This document shows, piece after piece, positions 63,662-64,000 of a stretch of 64,000 nucleotides of DNA. Below the pieces are notes generated by a model that was given only the letters and a program-made list of their open reading frames with translations, was not told the origin of the DNA and did not search any database. Position numbers and translations under genes: made by a program. How positions within the stretch are numbered: the stretch's first letter is position 1; every line of letters starts with the position of its first letter. The DNA comes from Neovahlkampfia damariscottae (lineage: Eukaryota): the NCBI GenBank assembly GCA_016618085.1, contig JABLTG010000032.1:62001-126000 (forward strand), given 5' to 3'.

Positions 63662-64000
63662 TTACATGAATTCACTTAAATCATCAAATTCATCATCGTC
63701 TTCATTAATTTCTTCTTCTTTTTCAACAATTTCAATGAATTCAATTGGTTCTTGATATTGGAATTTTAAAAACGCTCCTAAACCACCAAATCCTTGCAAG
63801 AATTGTTTTCCTTCAGAAGTTGAATCAGAAATGATTTCAACTTTCAAATCATCCCTTTCAATAAGATAATCAACCAAAAATTGTTTTTCTAAAACACCTT
63901 CTGAAATGGATGCATTTTTGAGTTTTTCTTCATTTTGATAAAATTTAACTCCATCTTCTGTGACAATACGAACTGTTTTTAAATTTTCTGAAAGAACAAT
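63662..64000 (-). CDS. eRF1-family protein, C-terminal domain (partial)
   Basis: VEIISDSTSEGKQFLQGFGGLGAFLKF plus acidic tail matches eRF1 domain 3; runs off the window. Confidence 0.7.
   Translation of the reverse strand: MVLSENLKTVRIVTEDGVKFYQNEEKLKNASISEGVLEKQFLVDYLIERDDLKVEIISDSTSEGKQFLQGFGGLGAFLKFQYQEPIEFIEIVEKEEEINEDDDEFDDLSEFM

Overview
Very AT-rich, extremely gene-dense eukaryotic nuclear DNA with standard genetic code, tiny GT-AG introns (about 27-41 nt) and intergenic spacers often under 100 bp. The gene content (RGS expansion, 7TM-RGS, STAND-type cyclase) suggests a free-living protist, possibly heterolobosean; this is inference only. I reconstructed about 35 protein genes by eye, many of them split across several ORFs of the supplied track, plus one tRNA-Leu(AAG). 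Main points: (1) a two-TM/large-ectodomain module resembling the ENaC-PAC-ERGIC topology occurs as a 1-module gene and a 2-module gene head to head (13.8-17.2 kb), and a similar topology occurs 3 times in one chain at 45.3-48.0 kb, suggesting pre-assembled (pseudo)trimers; (2) a GC-rich inverted repeat pair, each copy containing a perfect 16-bp hairpin, brackets about 1 kb of degraded DNA at 20.2-21.3 kb; (3) a CCAAT box lies next to most start codons, and TAA stops often double as AATAAA; (4) unusual signalling fusions are present (kinase-STAND-GAF-adenylate cyclase flanked by paralogous Zn-finger genes, FH2-C2-RhoGAP, B-box-ARF, RGS-START-like), along with a signal-peptide SET protein. All calls come from motif recognition without database searches.
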